Position numbers and translations under genes: made by a program. A DNA stretch of 64,000 nucleotides from Euryarchaeota archaeon UBA91 (GTDB lineage: Archaea > Thermoplasmatota > Poseidoniia > Poseidoniales > Poseidoniaceae): assembly GCA_002499705.1 (NCBI GenBank), contig DAMU01000077.1, forward strand, positions 4,951-68,950, given 5' to 3'. The notes below the pieces were generated by a model, which saw only the letters and a list, made by a program, of their open reading frames with translations, was not told where the DNA came from and ran no database searches. This document shows, piece by piece, positions 55,981-64,000 of this stretch (position 1 is its first letter; the number at the start of each line of letters is the position of its first letter).

Positions 55981-58536
55981 GTGGCCTCTGAACAAAGAAC
56001 AAGGTGTCTTTTGATGTCAGGAGAAAGAATTCGAAGTGGCCATCAGCGTCGCGTTCTTAACTGGCTATTGGACGGTGGTGGCACTGTTTCCGAGATTGCA
56101 GAGTCATTGGAATTGAGGATGCCACATGCATCCCTGGCCTTACGACAGCTACGTGAACGTAATGAAGTCAGTAGAGATGAACAGGGGAGCATTCGTGGAG
56201 CAATTCACCGACTCAATGAGGCCGGAAGAAGGCGTTTATCAGAAGATGCACTCGCCAGAGCACGTACCCTCATCACTCAAATCCCGCAACAAGCGGATGC
56301 GATTGTACTCAGCCAAGATGGCCCTCATTTGCTGCTTGGTTATGTAAAAAGCCCCAGTTCGCGACTCTTACCGCTACCGAATCACGGCGTATCTGCCCAA
56401 ACCGAGGTGCAGTCATTCTCCAATGGAAGGCAAGGGGGGCGTTGGGCAGTTCAACGAGAAGAGGTGGTTCGGTGGTATACGCTCTCAGATTTTGAACCTA
56501 CGAATCCACCCGCTCAGCAAAGTGCACGCGGGACGCTTGGAGATTGGACGGGCGAAATCGACCGGATCGGAATCGTCCAAGCCACATTACTCGATTCCAG
56601 CAGCGAGTGGCTATTGAGCCCCGGGACATGGTATGTCGAGACGAATTCGCCGCCACCACTACCAGATTCACTTCTGCAGGGGGAATATATGCTTGGCACA
56701 GCTACTGGAACGGATATTTCTCTTTCCCCCCAAATGGGGATGCATGCACACCTTACGCTCCAAGTTAATCGGACCATGGCAATGAATGCTCTGCGCAAAA
56801 AAGCTCTCGTATTCGAGGAAAACTCCCAACAAAGTACGACTCGCTATTTACCGTATGAAGTGCTTGATTATTGGATACGCACACGCCATCCAAGGCTAAG
56901 CGAAGAGAAAATTTTGCAACGAAAGGAGGATTTGCGAGAGTATTTATCGAAAGGAACCGGCAGTATTCCTTCCATCTCTGTTCAACGGCAATTACTTGCT
57001 GACTTTGGAGTTGTTGAATGGAAGACTGGAGATTCGATGAATTATGTCAATCTCTCTGGAGTATCGAATACTGGTGCTGTGGCCTTATTCGAGTGGTATT
57101 TTCAAAACACGACCGCAGAATGTATTGTTGAATGGCCATATAGCATTGAAGAGAATCAACGTATTCTGGAACGCATTCTCTCGTCCGGCCGTTGTCGAAT
57201 CCTCATCACATCATCTGGAGATTATACGCCGCTTGCTTCAGCTACGTCGATACTTCGAACACGAAAAGAATTACTCGAAGCAGATATACTACTTGGCCGA
57301 GGCAAAAGTATCCCTCTCACTTTACTCCAATCGACAAATACCTTTTCACAACAGAATGTGTATGAAGAAATTCCAATGACGGCGGAGGAATTGCTGATAT
57401 CATGGAAAGGAGACGAGGGTTTTCAAAGGGAATCTTTCACTGATATTGAACGGGATATTGATCGACAAAAAACAATGTGGTATGCCCTTTCAAATTACCC
57501 GCAAGGTGATGAGAGTTGGGCGAACCTGAATGAAAGTACGCATCCATTAGCCGCTTGGATTGCAACGCCTCTAGAACATCGAACATCACGTTGGGTTCGA
57601 TTACGAACGATTCTACCAAACGGTTGGGCGGATTTATTGCCCATTGAACAGTGTGAAACCTCGACTTTGATCAGTGCAATGCCGAAGAGTTCACTGGGTT
57701 GGAGTGTACTAGCATTAGAGAAAGTTCGCCAACGTTTCACTAAAAATGTTGAATCTATACTTCGATATGATTCCTTTTTTGAGGATGAAAATCTAGGCAC
57801 CTGGATGGCTACTGCTGTATTGCTTTCAACAAGTCAATTGCCTGAAGAATTTCATCAAATGCTGCTACGGGCATGTACTCTTTGGGTTGATGCTCCCCGC
57901 CAACCCGAACACGTATTGGAATCGCTGTTCCCTCTTGGAATGCCGCTCTCCAATCATGTAGAAGAGTGCTTGATTAAATGCAAAGCAGCAGCCAAAGCAC
58001 ACCCGAATGATTCCGTGCTCTATCTTTGGGGAACTTTGCTCAGTGCTATGGAATCCAATGAGCCGCTGTCTCCCGAATTTCTTCGTCAAGTGATGTCAAA
58101 ACTGCCATATTCTTGGTGGCAAACCTGGTCTGGTGAATGGTTACAAATTCAACTCTCCTCAACATCCGGGCGGCGATGGCTTGCAAAAAATCCGCTTCCT
58201 TGGCCAGCCATGTTAACTCGCCCAACTGGCGAGAGAGGTGGATTACCTGCTTGGCCAATTCCTTACCCCTCCGGAAGATTAGGATTAGACGATGTGCTCC
58301 ACATCTTGTTGCTTGAAGAAGGAGACGGAAAACCTGCTCTGCTCGACGTATACGATATGTTAGCCACTGTTGAACGGAAAGAACCTGTGCATTATGGTAG
58401 GACTCATCCACTTGTCGGATGGCTTGCTCGCTCAGTAGAAACATGGCCCTCAATGAATTTGCAAGTTCTCAAACAGGGTGAACCTGAGGTAGGTGCGTTA
58501 CTCTATGCACGCTCATTTGCATCAAAATTAGAATAA
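55981..58536 (+). CDS. Large (851 aa) orphan protein with an N-terminal ArsR/MarR-like winged-helix domain
   Basis: GHQRRVLNWLLDGGGTVSEIAESLELRMPHASLALRQLRERNEV is a wHTH. The remaining ~750 aa are Trp/Leu-rich with no NTPase, nuclease or other catalytic motif I can recognise. GTG start, with an alternative ATG at 56014. Confidence 0.65.
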   Translation: MASEQRTRCLLMSGERIRSGHQRRVLNWLLDGGGTVSEIAESLELRMPHASLALRQLRERNEVSRDEQGSIRGAIHRLNEAGRRRLSEDALARARTLITQIPQQADAIVLSQDGPHLLLGYVKSPSSRLLPLPNHGVSAQTEVQSFSNGRQGGRWAVQREEVVRWYTLSDFEPTNPPAQQSARGTLGDWTGEIDRIGIVQATLLDSSSEWLLSPGTWYVETNSPPPLPDSLLQGEYMLGTATGTDISLSPQMGMHAHLTLQVNRTMAMNALRKKALVFEENSQQSTTRYLPYEVLDYWIRTRHPRLSEEKILQRKEDLREYLSKGTGSIPSISVQRQLLADFGVVEWKTGDSMNYVNLSGVSNTGAVALFEWYFQNTTAECIVEWPYSIEENQRILERILSSGRCRILITSSGDYTPLASATSILRTRKELLEADILLGRGKSIPLTLLQSTNTFSQQNVYEEIPMTAEELLISWKGDEGFQRESFTDIERDIDRQKTMWYALSNYPQGDESWANLNESTHPLAAWIATPLEHRTSRWVRLRTILPNGWADLLPIEQCETSTLISAMPKSSLGWSVLALEKVRQRFTKNVESILRYDSFFEDENLGTWMATAVLLSTSQLPEEFHQMLLRACTLWVDAPRQPEHVLESLFPLGMPLSNHVEECLIKCKAAAKAHPNDSVLYLWGTLLSAMESNEPLSPEFLRQVMSKLPYSWWQTWSGEWLQIQLSSTSGRRWLAKNPLPWPAMLTRPTGERGGLPAWPIPYPSGRLGLDDVLHILLLEEGDGKPALLDVYDMLATVERKEPVHYGRTHPLVGWLARSVETWPSMNLQVLKQGEPEVGALLYARSFASKLE

Positions 58537-58547
58537 TTCGATGATTT

Positions 58548-58851
58548 GAAAAGGGGTTGGCAGGTGGACTGCCTGCCGTACCCGCAACATCTGGCAGAGC
58601 TACTGTGAAAATTGCTGTGAAGTCTGATACCAATGGTACGGTCCGCTATCGAAGACTGAAGTGACCTTTCGAGGAATGACCTTCGGTGCAAAGCGGTAAA
58701 CCAACCGGTAGGTAATGGGTCCTCGTGCGACGACAGAATGAACACGAGACAACCAACCTTCTGGACAGCAAACCCTGACGCTGGGTCAGGCCCTCGAGCT
58801 TTGCGATGAAAAGGGCCGTTACGCGTCGGGGTACAGCTTCCGCCTCTTTTC
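58548..58851 (+). ncRNA. Candidate ~300-nt structured RNA, family unresolved (RNase P RNA-like motif order, canonical CR-I/P4 not buildable)
   Basis: The 389-nt gap has no credible CDS and is visibly more G+C-rich than its flanks. A terminal 9-bp helix pairs GAAAAGGGG (58548-56) with CCTCTTTTC (58843-51). Perfect hairpins lie at 58559-77, 58722-48 and 58774-90. Long-range pairs are GTACCC/GGGTAC and TGCAAAGC/GCTTTGCG. The G.U pairs favour the + strand. The motifs GCAACA, GUGAAA, GGUAAACC and GACGACAGAAU occur in that order. Confidence 0.45.
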
Positions 58852-58925
58852 TTCTACTTTCAAACCGCTTTCTTTGCAATGAAACAAGCGATGCAATCAA
58901 AGAGCAGTTCACTCCACAGCGTTTC

Positions 58926-59948
58926 ATGACATCTGCTCGGCGTTTTCGCTGTTGTCTGGTTGGAGGTACCTTCGACCGGCTTCATGCAGGACACCGATTG
59001 CTGCTCAATGCAGCATGTAAAAATGCAGATTCTGTCGAAATTCACATCACTTCTGACGCAATGGCTGATGGAAAATCTCCATTTGTACAATCTTTTGACG
59101 ACCGTATGGATAAATTACACGATTGGTCGGCAAAGAATACTGATTGCAAAATTTCCGTTCACCAACTCAATGATGTCCATGGTCCTGCGCCTCATCACCC
59201 AAAGGCAGATGCAATTGTAGCAACGCCTGAAACGATTGGCATGTGCCACTCGATAAATGAAGAACGTTTGAAAAATGGATTATCTGAACTTCATATCATC
59301 GAGGTAATGCATCTTGACGGAGTTGAAGGAGGAATCATCAGTTCCTCTGCGATTCGAAACGGACACATGGATCAAGAAGGCCACCCCTGGATGTCGAAGA
59401 AATTACGAAACAGTTTCTTGAAGATGGCATCTGCTCTTGATGAAGAACTCAAGACCCCGATGGGGTCATTGTTTGAGGGGCCTGAAAATGACCCTGAGAT
59501 CGGAATGGCTGCGGCATTGGATGGACTGCCATCTCCACATGGCGCAATTATTACTGTAGGTGATGTCACGACCAAAACCATGCTCGACATGGGGCTCACA
59601 CCTGATATTGCGCTCATAGATGGATTCACAAAAAGAAATGAACTTGATGATGATTTGAAAGTGAATACAAGCCAATTCCATCACCATCTTCATGCAGAAA
59701 ATCCTGCAGGGCATTTGACACCATCACTCAACGAAGCCATTTCCAAAGCTTTGCTTGCAGAAGAAACATTGGTGCTGGAAGTCGATGGTGAGGAAGATTT
59801 GGCTCCACTTGTCATCCACTGCCTCGCTCCTATCGGGACACTGGTCTTGTATGGTCAACCAAAAAAAGGAGTGGTTGTCCAGTACACTTCGCTTGAAGTA
59901 AAACAACGTTGCCGATATCTTCTTTCCCTCTTTGAAGTGATAGAATGA
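58926..59948 (+). CDS. Bifunctional CoA-biosynthesis fusion: archaeal phosphopantetheine adenylyltransferase (PPAT) plus DUF359-type GTP-dependent dephospho-CoA kinase (DPCK)
   Basis: N-terminal half: LVGGTFDRLHAGH ... ISSSAIRNG (cytidylyltransferase-type PPAT). C-terminal half: TVGDVTT, DGFTKR, ENPAGHLT, VDGEEDLA and LYGQPKKGVV (DUF359 hallmarks). Start re-picked at MTSARR (58926). Confidence 0.8.
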   Translation: MTSARRFRCCLVGGTFDRLHAGHRLLLNAACKNADSVEIHITSDAMADGKSPFVQSFDDRMDKLHDWSAKNTDCKISVHQLNDVHGPAPHHPKADAIVATPETIGMCHSINEERLKNGLSELHIIEVMHLDGVEGGIISSSAIRNGHMDQEGHPWMSKKLRNSFLKMASALDEELKTPMGSLFEGPENDPEIGMAAALDGLPSPHGAIITVGDVTTKTMLDMGLTPDIALIDGFTKRNELDDDLKVNTSQFHHHLHAENPAGHLTPSLNEAISKALLAEETLVLEVDGEEDLAPLVIHCLAPIGTLVLYGQPKKGVVVQYTSLEVKQRCRYLLSLFEVIE

Positions 59949-61072
59949 GTGAACAAAAACCGATGGTTAGCGTTACTGTTTGTGTGCGTAATGGTATAGA
60001 TTGGATTGACGAATGCCTGGAATCACTTGTTGCTCAAACCTACAGACCGTTAGAGATTATCGCAATTGATGATGGCTCAAATGACGGCTCTAAGGAACAA
60101 CTACTCAAATGGGCCGATGGTGAAGGGGATGTGCCAATCCACATATTCACTCAAGATGCAAAAGGCCTCTCTGCTGGGAGGCAACTGGCAGTAACTCAAG
60201 CGAAGGGTGAATGGATTGCTATCACAGATATTGATGTGCGGCCAGAACCTGATTGGGTCAATAACATGATACTTGAAATTGAACCAATTGATGAAGATGA
60301 AAAAGTAGTGGCCGTCACGGGCCGAACGATCTTCGAACATGGAGGCGACATTGTAAGCCGTGTTCGTTCGGTTGAAATAGAGACAAAATATCGTTCTCGA
60401 CCAAGAAGAACCAGCTTGGCTAACGGTCCTTGTTCAATGTTTAAGCGAGAGGTTCTAGTCGAAATCGGAGGATTCGACCCTCTGTGGTATCATGCTGAAG
60501 ACATGGAAGTGAGCCTTCGACTTATTGCTGAAGGAGGTTCAATAATTTACGCCCCCAACGCTGTAGTTCGTCACGTACCCGAGGTTGAATCTTCCAGGTT
60601 CCTCTCTAAACGTAGACGAGATGCCCGTGCACACATGAGGATTATTCGGCATTTTCCGAGGACAAAAAGAAAAGGCCCTGACTTAGATTTCATTGGAAGT
60701 TCAACCGTAGTTCTCACGGTATTTCCTCTTTGGGTCATGGCTCTCATTTCAGGAGTCCCCTTTGTGTTCTCATTCCTAACCCAAGAGGATTGGTCGTGGG
60801 AGATGGCCAAGTCTCGGTGGCAAACTCAACTCTTGTTAGCCACAGGTGTGTTGATGTTTCTGCATGAGTTTATTTTGTGGCGGGGGCCACTGGGTGTAGT
60901 TAACAGAGGTGCAATCAAACAAGGAAAGTGGTCACTGTTGACCATTTTCAAGGTACGAAATCTTACTTTGAGATGGAGCATTGCCTTATGGCAAGGGTTG
61001 TTTTTAGGATTCACAGATGCTTTACGTGGATTAAACGGTCATCGCAAATTATTTGGAAAGAAACTCAAATGA
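59945..61072 (+). CDS. Family 2 glycosyltransferase with C-terminal TM helices
   Basis: VSVTVCVRNG...IIAIDDGSNDGS, ITDIDV (DxD-like) and AEDMEVSLR. ATGA overlap with the upstream stop. Confidence 0.8.
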   Translation: MSEQKPMVSVTVCVRNGIDWIDECLESLVAQTYRPLEIIAIDDGSNDGSKEQLLKWADGEGDVPIHIFTQDAKGLSAGRQLAVTQAKGEWIAITDIDVRPEPDWVNNMILEIEPIDEDEKVVAVTGRTIFEHGGDIVSRVRSVEIETKYRSRPRRTSLANGPCSMFKREVLVEIGGFDPLWYHAEDMEVSLRLIAEGGSIIYAPNAVVRHVPEVESSRFLSKRRRDARAHMRIIRHFPRTKRKGPDLDFIGSSTVVLTVFPLWVMALISGVPFVFSFLTQEDWSWEMAKSRWQTQLLLATGVLMFLHEFILWRGPLGVVNRGAIKQGKWSLLTIFKVRNLTLRWSIALWQGLFLGFTDALRGLNGHRKLFGKKLK

Positions 61073-61074
61073 GT

Positions 61075-61653
61075 TCAGTCCAAGTTGTCGTCGCCTTCTG
61101 GAGCATCTGCAGCCATGAGAAGCGCAAGACCGAAGGCAATAAGGGCGATACTCATTGAATAAACGCCAATGTCAATCCAACCTGTGTAGAGAATTCCGTA
61201 GGCGAAGTAGAACAAAAATCCGAGCAGAAGTGCCCATGCGCCGAAGAGTTTACTCCAACCTCCGATTTCAGGGTCGACCAATGCAGGCCAAGTGTCATTG
61301 ACGAGTAGGCCTTTGAACCATCCGCCAATACCAGATTCATCATTACTGAATGTTCGGAAACCAATAGAGGTGATAACTGAACACAGGCCAATGAAAACAA
61401 CATCCGAAAGAACAAATTGTGGAGAATCACTCTTGATTTCAAAAGCAGCGTTCGTTGCCTCAAAAGTAAACAGACCACCCCAAGAAAGGTGATAGGTCGG
61501 ATGGATATACCCAAGAATATTCAGGATTGCAAGGAAAATTCCAAGCATACCTAGACCAGCATACCAATTTGCCATGGTCCGAGAAGGATTCAATAGCATC
61601 GAAACTACACTGTTGGAAGGGTCGCTCTCTTCTGTGCTCATGAACTCGCCCAC
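61075..61653 (-). CDS. Integral membrane protein (hypothetical)
   Basis: Five to six hydrophobic segments. No motif recognised. Confidence 0.5.
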   Translation of the reverse strand: MGEFMSTEESDPSNSVVSMLLNPSRTMANWYAGLGMLGIFLAILNILGYIHPTYHLSWGGLFTFEATNAAFEIKSDSPQFVLSDVVFIGLCSVITSIGFRTFSNDESGIGGWFKGLLVNDTWPALVDPEIGGWSKLFGAWALLLGFLFYFAYGILYTGWIDIGVYSMSIALIAFGLALLMAADAPEGDDNLD

Positions 61654-61714
61654 CTGCCTTTTGGATATAAGAACACCGAAGATTCAAAAATACTCATTTT
61701 ATTGATTTTATCAG

Positions 61715-62956
61715 TCAAAGTCGTGTTTGGTGTCGATATGGACGGGTAAACACTTCCTCCATTTCTGATTCAGATTCGATCATGATTGTCTGAACATCTA
61801 CGTTTTGGGGGATGCATGAATTGATTTGTTTTGTACGACCGTATCTTCCTTTACTTATTGTTCGAGCAGTAATCAAACCAAGCATATCGAGATTCGATAT
61901 CAAGCCTGAAACTCTACGTTGTGTAAGTGCATTGTGTCCAATGTAACGGCATGCTTGTTGATATACATCGTAAACTTCACCGGTCTGAATATTTCGAAGC
62001 CCATTCTTTTCATTCAAAAGAACAGATGCAAGTACGAGTTTTTGTTGACTTGGCAGTGATGAAATGACTGGGATCATTTGTTCTCGTTCGATTTGGTGTT
62101 GAGCCATTCGAACATGGCGCTGAGAAACGGTTGCGTCTCCGTTTTGCTCCGCTCTCTCTGTAGAAACGCGAAGGAGGTCAAGTGCACAGCGTGCATCGCC
62201 GTGTTCTTGTGCTGCAAGAGCTGCACATAATGCGATAACGCCATCGTCAAGAATTTCTTCCTTCAGAGAACCTTCAGAACGTTGCCTCAAAATATCTTGA
62301 AGTTGTTCTGCATCGTATGGATTGAAGACAATATCCAATTGTCCAAGCCGTGAGCGAACACGGGGGTCGAGGAAATCAGTAAACTTGAGGTCGTTTGAAA
62401 TTCCGATGACGCACGTTCGTGCAGATTTAAGTGAAGCGTTGAGGCTCGTCAAATTGTATAACAAATCATCGCCTGCTTTGCGTACTAAATGGTCAATCTC
62501 ATCAAGAACCAAAATGTAAACTCCGCCTTTTTCATCCATACGGCGGACCAATTCTCCGAAGACTCGGTCAGTTGGCCAACCTGTGAAAGGGATCTCATCA
62601 ATCTCGTGTTCTTCACGCAGAGAGTTACCTAGATGGCTCAAAACTCGATATTGGGTGTCGATTTGGCGACAATTCACCATGATAGAGCGAACGCTTCGAT
62701 TCTTTTCTGCACCCTTCTCTTCCAGTTGATTACAGACGAATTTTGTTACCGCTGTTTTACCAGCACCGGTAACACCATACAACGTCATGTTTGATGGGAT
62801 TTGACCGTTCAAGGCTTCAACCAAATTGAACGCAATCGCTTCAATCTCTTTATCTCGATGAGGGAGATTTTTTGGCAAGTGATCATGGCGAAGAATTTCT
62901 TTGTTAATGAACAGGGTTTGACGAGAAAGAAAATCGTCGAAAATGTTTCTGTTCAT
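61715..62956 (-). CDS. cdc6: Orc1/Cdc6 replication initiator
   Basis: HLPHRDKEIE, Walker A LYGVTGAGKTAV, Walker B ILVLDEID, a sensor region, and a C-terminal winged helix (TQRRVSGLISNLDMLGLI). Start re-picked at MNRNIF (62956). Confidence 0.9.
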   Translation of the reverse strand: MNRNIFDDFLSRQTLFINKEILRHDHLPKNLPHRDKEIEAIAFNLVEALNGQIPSNMTLYGVTGAGKTAVTKFVCNQLEEKGAEKNRSVRSIMVNCRQIDTQYRVLSHLGNSLREEHEIDEIPFTGWPTDRVFGELVRRMDEKGGVYILVLDEIDHLVRKAGDDLLYNLTSLNASLKSARTCVIGISNDLKFTDFLDPRVRSRLGQLDIVFNPYDAEQLQDILRQRSEGSLKEEILDDGVIALCAALAAQEHGDARCALDLLRVSTERAEQNGDATVSQRHVRMAQHQIEREQMIPVISSLPSQQKLVLASVLLNEKNGLRNIQTGEVYDVYQQACRYIGHNALTQRRVSGLISNLDMLGLITARTISKGRYGRTKQINSCIPQNVDVQTIMIESESEMEEVFTRPYRHQTRL

Positions 62957-63043
62957 GTCGGTTGCCTCTTTCTCAATTGCATTATCGAACTGAGCCGATA
63001 ACGGCGTTGCGCGATAATGTGCGTTAGTCCGAGTCCCCCTCAT

Positions 63044-63210
63044 AAGTATGACCGTCGCTCTTCGATGAAGAGTAACTTTTGTTTCTGTTCGAAAAATAAA
63101 ATGGATATTATAAAGGGTCTTAATTTAAATACGTTTTTTTGTAAAAATAACATCAACTTTTGCCCCTTTCCGGTGACTTTGGAAAAAAAATTTAAGTTCA
63201 AACGAGAGAA
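63044..63210. other. AT-rich intergenic spacer upstream of orc1/cdc6: replication-origin candidate (also carries the cdc6 promoter)
   Basis: A/T runs (TTAATTTAAATACGTTTTTTTGTAAAAATAA). The element CCCCTTTCCGGTGACTTTGGAAA has a TTTCC...GGAAA dyad next to a C/G string, loosely ORB-like. Adjacent to cdc6. Confidence 0.35.
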
Positions 63211-63999
63211 TCAAAATCCCCATCCTTCTTGTCCCAGAATAATCCGAAGCCCGTCTTCAGCATGATGAACATTTTTCGGATGAGTCGGATAAACATCAGT
63301 GACTGTAGGATTCGGGTTGATACCTGGTTGGTCAACAAAAGTGTGCGTGATAATCAACGGTATTGACCCTGCTCTTTCAGCAAGAGATTGAATATCTGAT
63401 GGCTTATGATGGTGAGGAGAATCGACCCATTCAGGTAAACCCATTTCTACAATAGCCATTTGCGATGAGAGAATTTCATCGTGAAGAGTATCAACAGGAC
63501 CCGAATCACCACTATGGACGAAACTACCTTTTTTGCCAGCATCAAAGTGGTAGCCGTGAGGGTCAACTGCATCATCGTGAAGAACTCGGAAACGCTTCCA
63601 AGTTAATCCAGATGGGAGGGCACCCTCTGTTTCACATCTCCATTGAATTGTTGCAAATATTTCCTCTAGGCTTCCCGGATATGCCAGTTTACAAAGATGA
63701 AGAAGATGTTCTTTAACCCCTTCTGATGCAACAACTGTGAGTGGTTGTTGCATGCCCCGATCTGAAATATACCGTCGCTCAAGTAAAAAGAAGGGAAATC
63801 CAAAAACGTGATCTCCATGAGTGTGCGTAATGAATATTGTTTCAATATCACTCAAAGGAATCCCTGCTCTGCGGAAACTCGCCATTGCAGTGGGTGGGCA
63901 ATCGATGATGTGTTTACCATCAATCATGGCAAAAGAGTGGTACCGGCCATACGGCATGAATGCATTTCCAGTTCCAAGCATTCTCACCTCTTGCGCCAT
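63211..63999 (-). CDS. Metallo-beta-lactamase-fold hydrolase (RNase Z/ElaC-like or related)
   Basis: ITHTHGDHVFG (HxHxDH) motif, with later His/Asp ligand candidates. The ATG lies at 63999, 1 nt from the window end. Confidence 0.7.
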   Translation of the reverse strand: MAQEVRMLGTGNAFMPYGRYHSFAMIDGKHIIDCPPTAMASFRRAGIPLSDIETIFITHTHGDHVFGFPFFLLERRYISDRGMQQPLTVVASEGVKEHLLHLCKLAYPGSLEEIFATIQWRCETEGALPSGLTWKRFRVLHDDAVDPHGYHFDAGKKGSFVHSGDSGPVDTLHDEILSSQMAIVEMGLPEWVDSPHHHKPSDIQSLAERAGSIPLIITHTFVDQPGINPNPTVTDVYPTHPKNVHHAEDGLRIILGQEGWGF

Positions 64000-64000
64000 G

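Noticed and set aside
58548-58851. Firm assignment of the structured RNA as RNase P RNA or as SRP (7S) RNA
   Set aside because: RNase P: no GAGGAAAGUCC-type CR-I in the expected place, and the ACAGAA string sits in a hairpin loop, so P4 cannot be formed. SRP: the 5' and 3' halves lack the extended complementarity of helix 5, and no GNAR-capped helix-8 motif was found (a GGUCAGGCCC string is already used in a perfect local hairpin). I kept it as an unclassified ncRNA candidate.
1-64000. CRISPR arrays, rRNA genes, IS elements or transposases, toxin-antitoxin or known defence cassettes
   Set aside because: I saw no regularly spaced direct repeats, rRNA-like segments, DDE/integrase motifs or recognisable defence-gene signatures in any frame while reading through the window. 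This was visual inspection only, so short or degenerate elements could have been missed.

Overview
Densely coded, mostly housekeeping chromosomal segment that looks archaeal. Markers read from the translations: Alba, Orc1/Cdc6, Bud32, deoxyhypusine synthase, archaeal-type PPAT plus DUF359 dephospho-CoA kinase, a FlaI/TadA-like ATPase and 2-phosphoglycerate kinase. The giant secreted proteins carrying thrombospondin-type-3 repeats, plus moderate-to-low GC, suggest a marine planktonic euryarchaeon (Poseidoniales/MGII-like); that placement is inference only.

I support about 60 CDSs, two tRNA-Gly genes (UCC and GCC) and one ~300-nt candidate structured RNA of unresolved family. There is also an AT-rich origin-like spacer next to orc1/cdc6 and a palindromic operator candidate. 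I saw no rRNA, CRISPR array, transposase or integrase.

Most interesting loci:
1. A compact type-IV-pilus-like (Epd/Tad-like, not archaellum) operon with the platform protein split into two genes and two pilin-like genes (32036-37090).
2. A divergent pair of winged-helix genes, one of them an 851-aa orphan, around an AT-rich spacer holding a palindrome and an ORB-like 13-mer (55411-58536).
3. A 389-nt gene-free gap that folds into a closed multi-hairpin RNA (58548-58851).
4. Several unusual fusions or variants: GH1 glycosidase fused to a sugar-1-P nucleotidyltransferase, convergent with a galactokinase-like gene; PPAT fused to DPCK; GNAT fused to an aminotransferase; and a cysteine-free Mrp/NBP35 next to a Cys-rich DUF971 protein.
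5. A BoxB/PaaA-like di-iron oxygenase clustered with ALDH, crotonase and HADH genes and a Bat-type regulator.

All functional calls come from motifs read by eye in the ORF translations. No database search was run. Many start codons are my own re-picks and are flagged as such.
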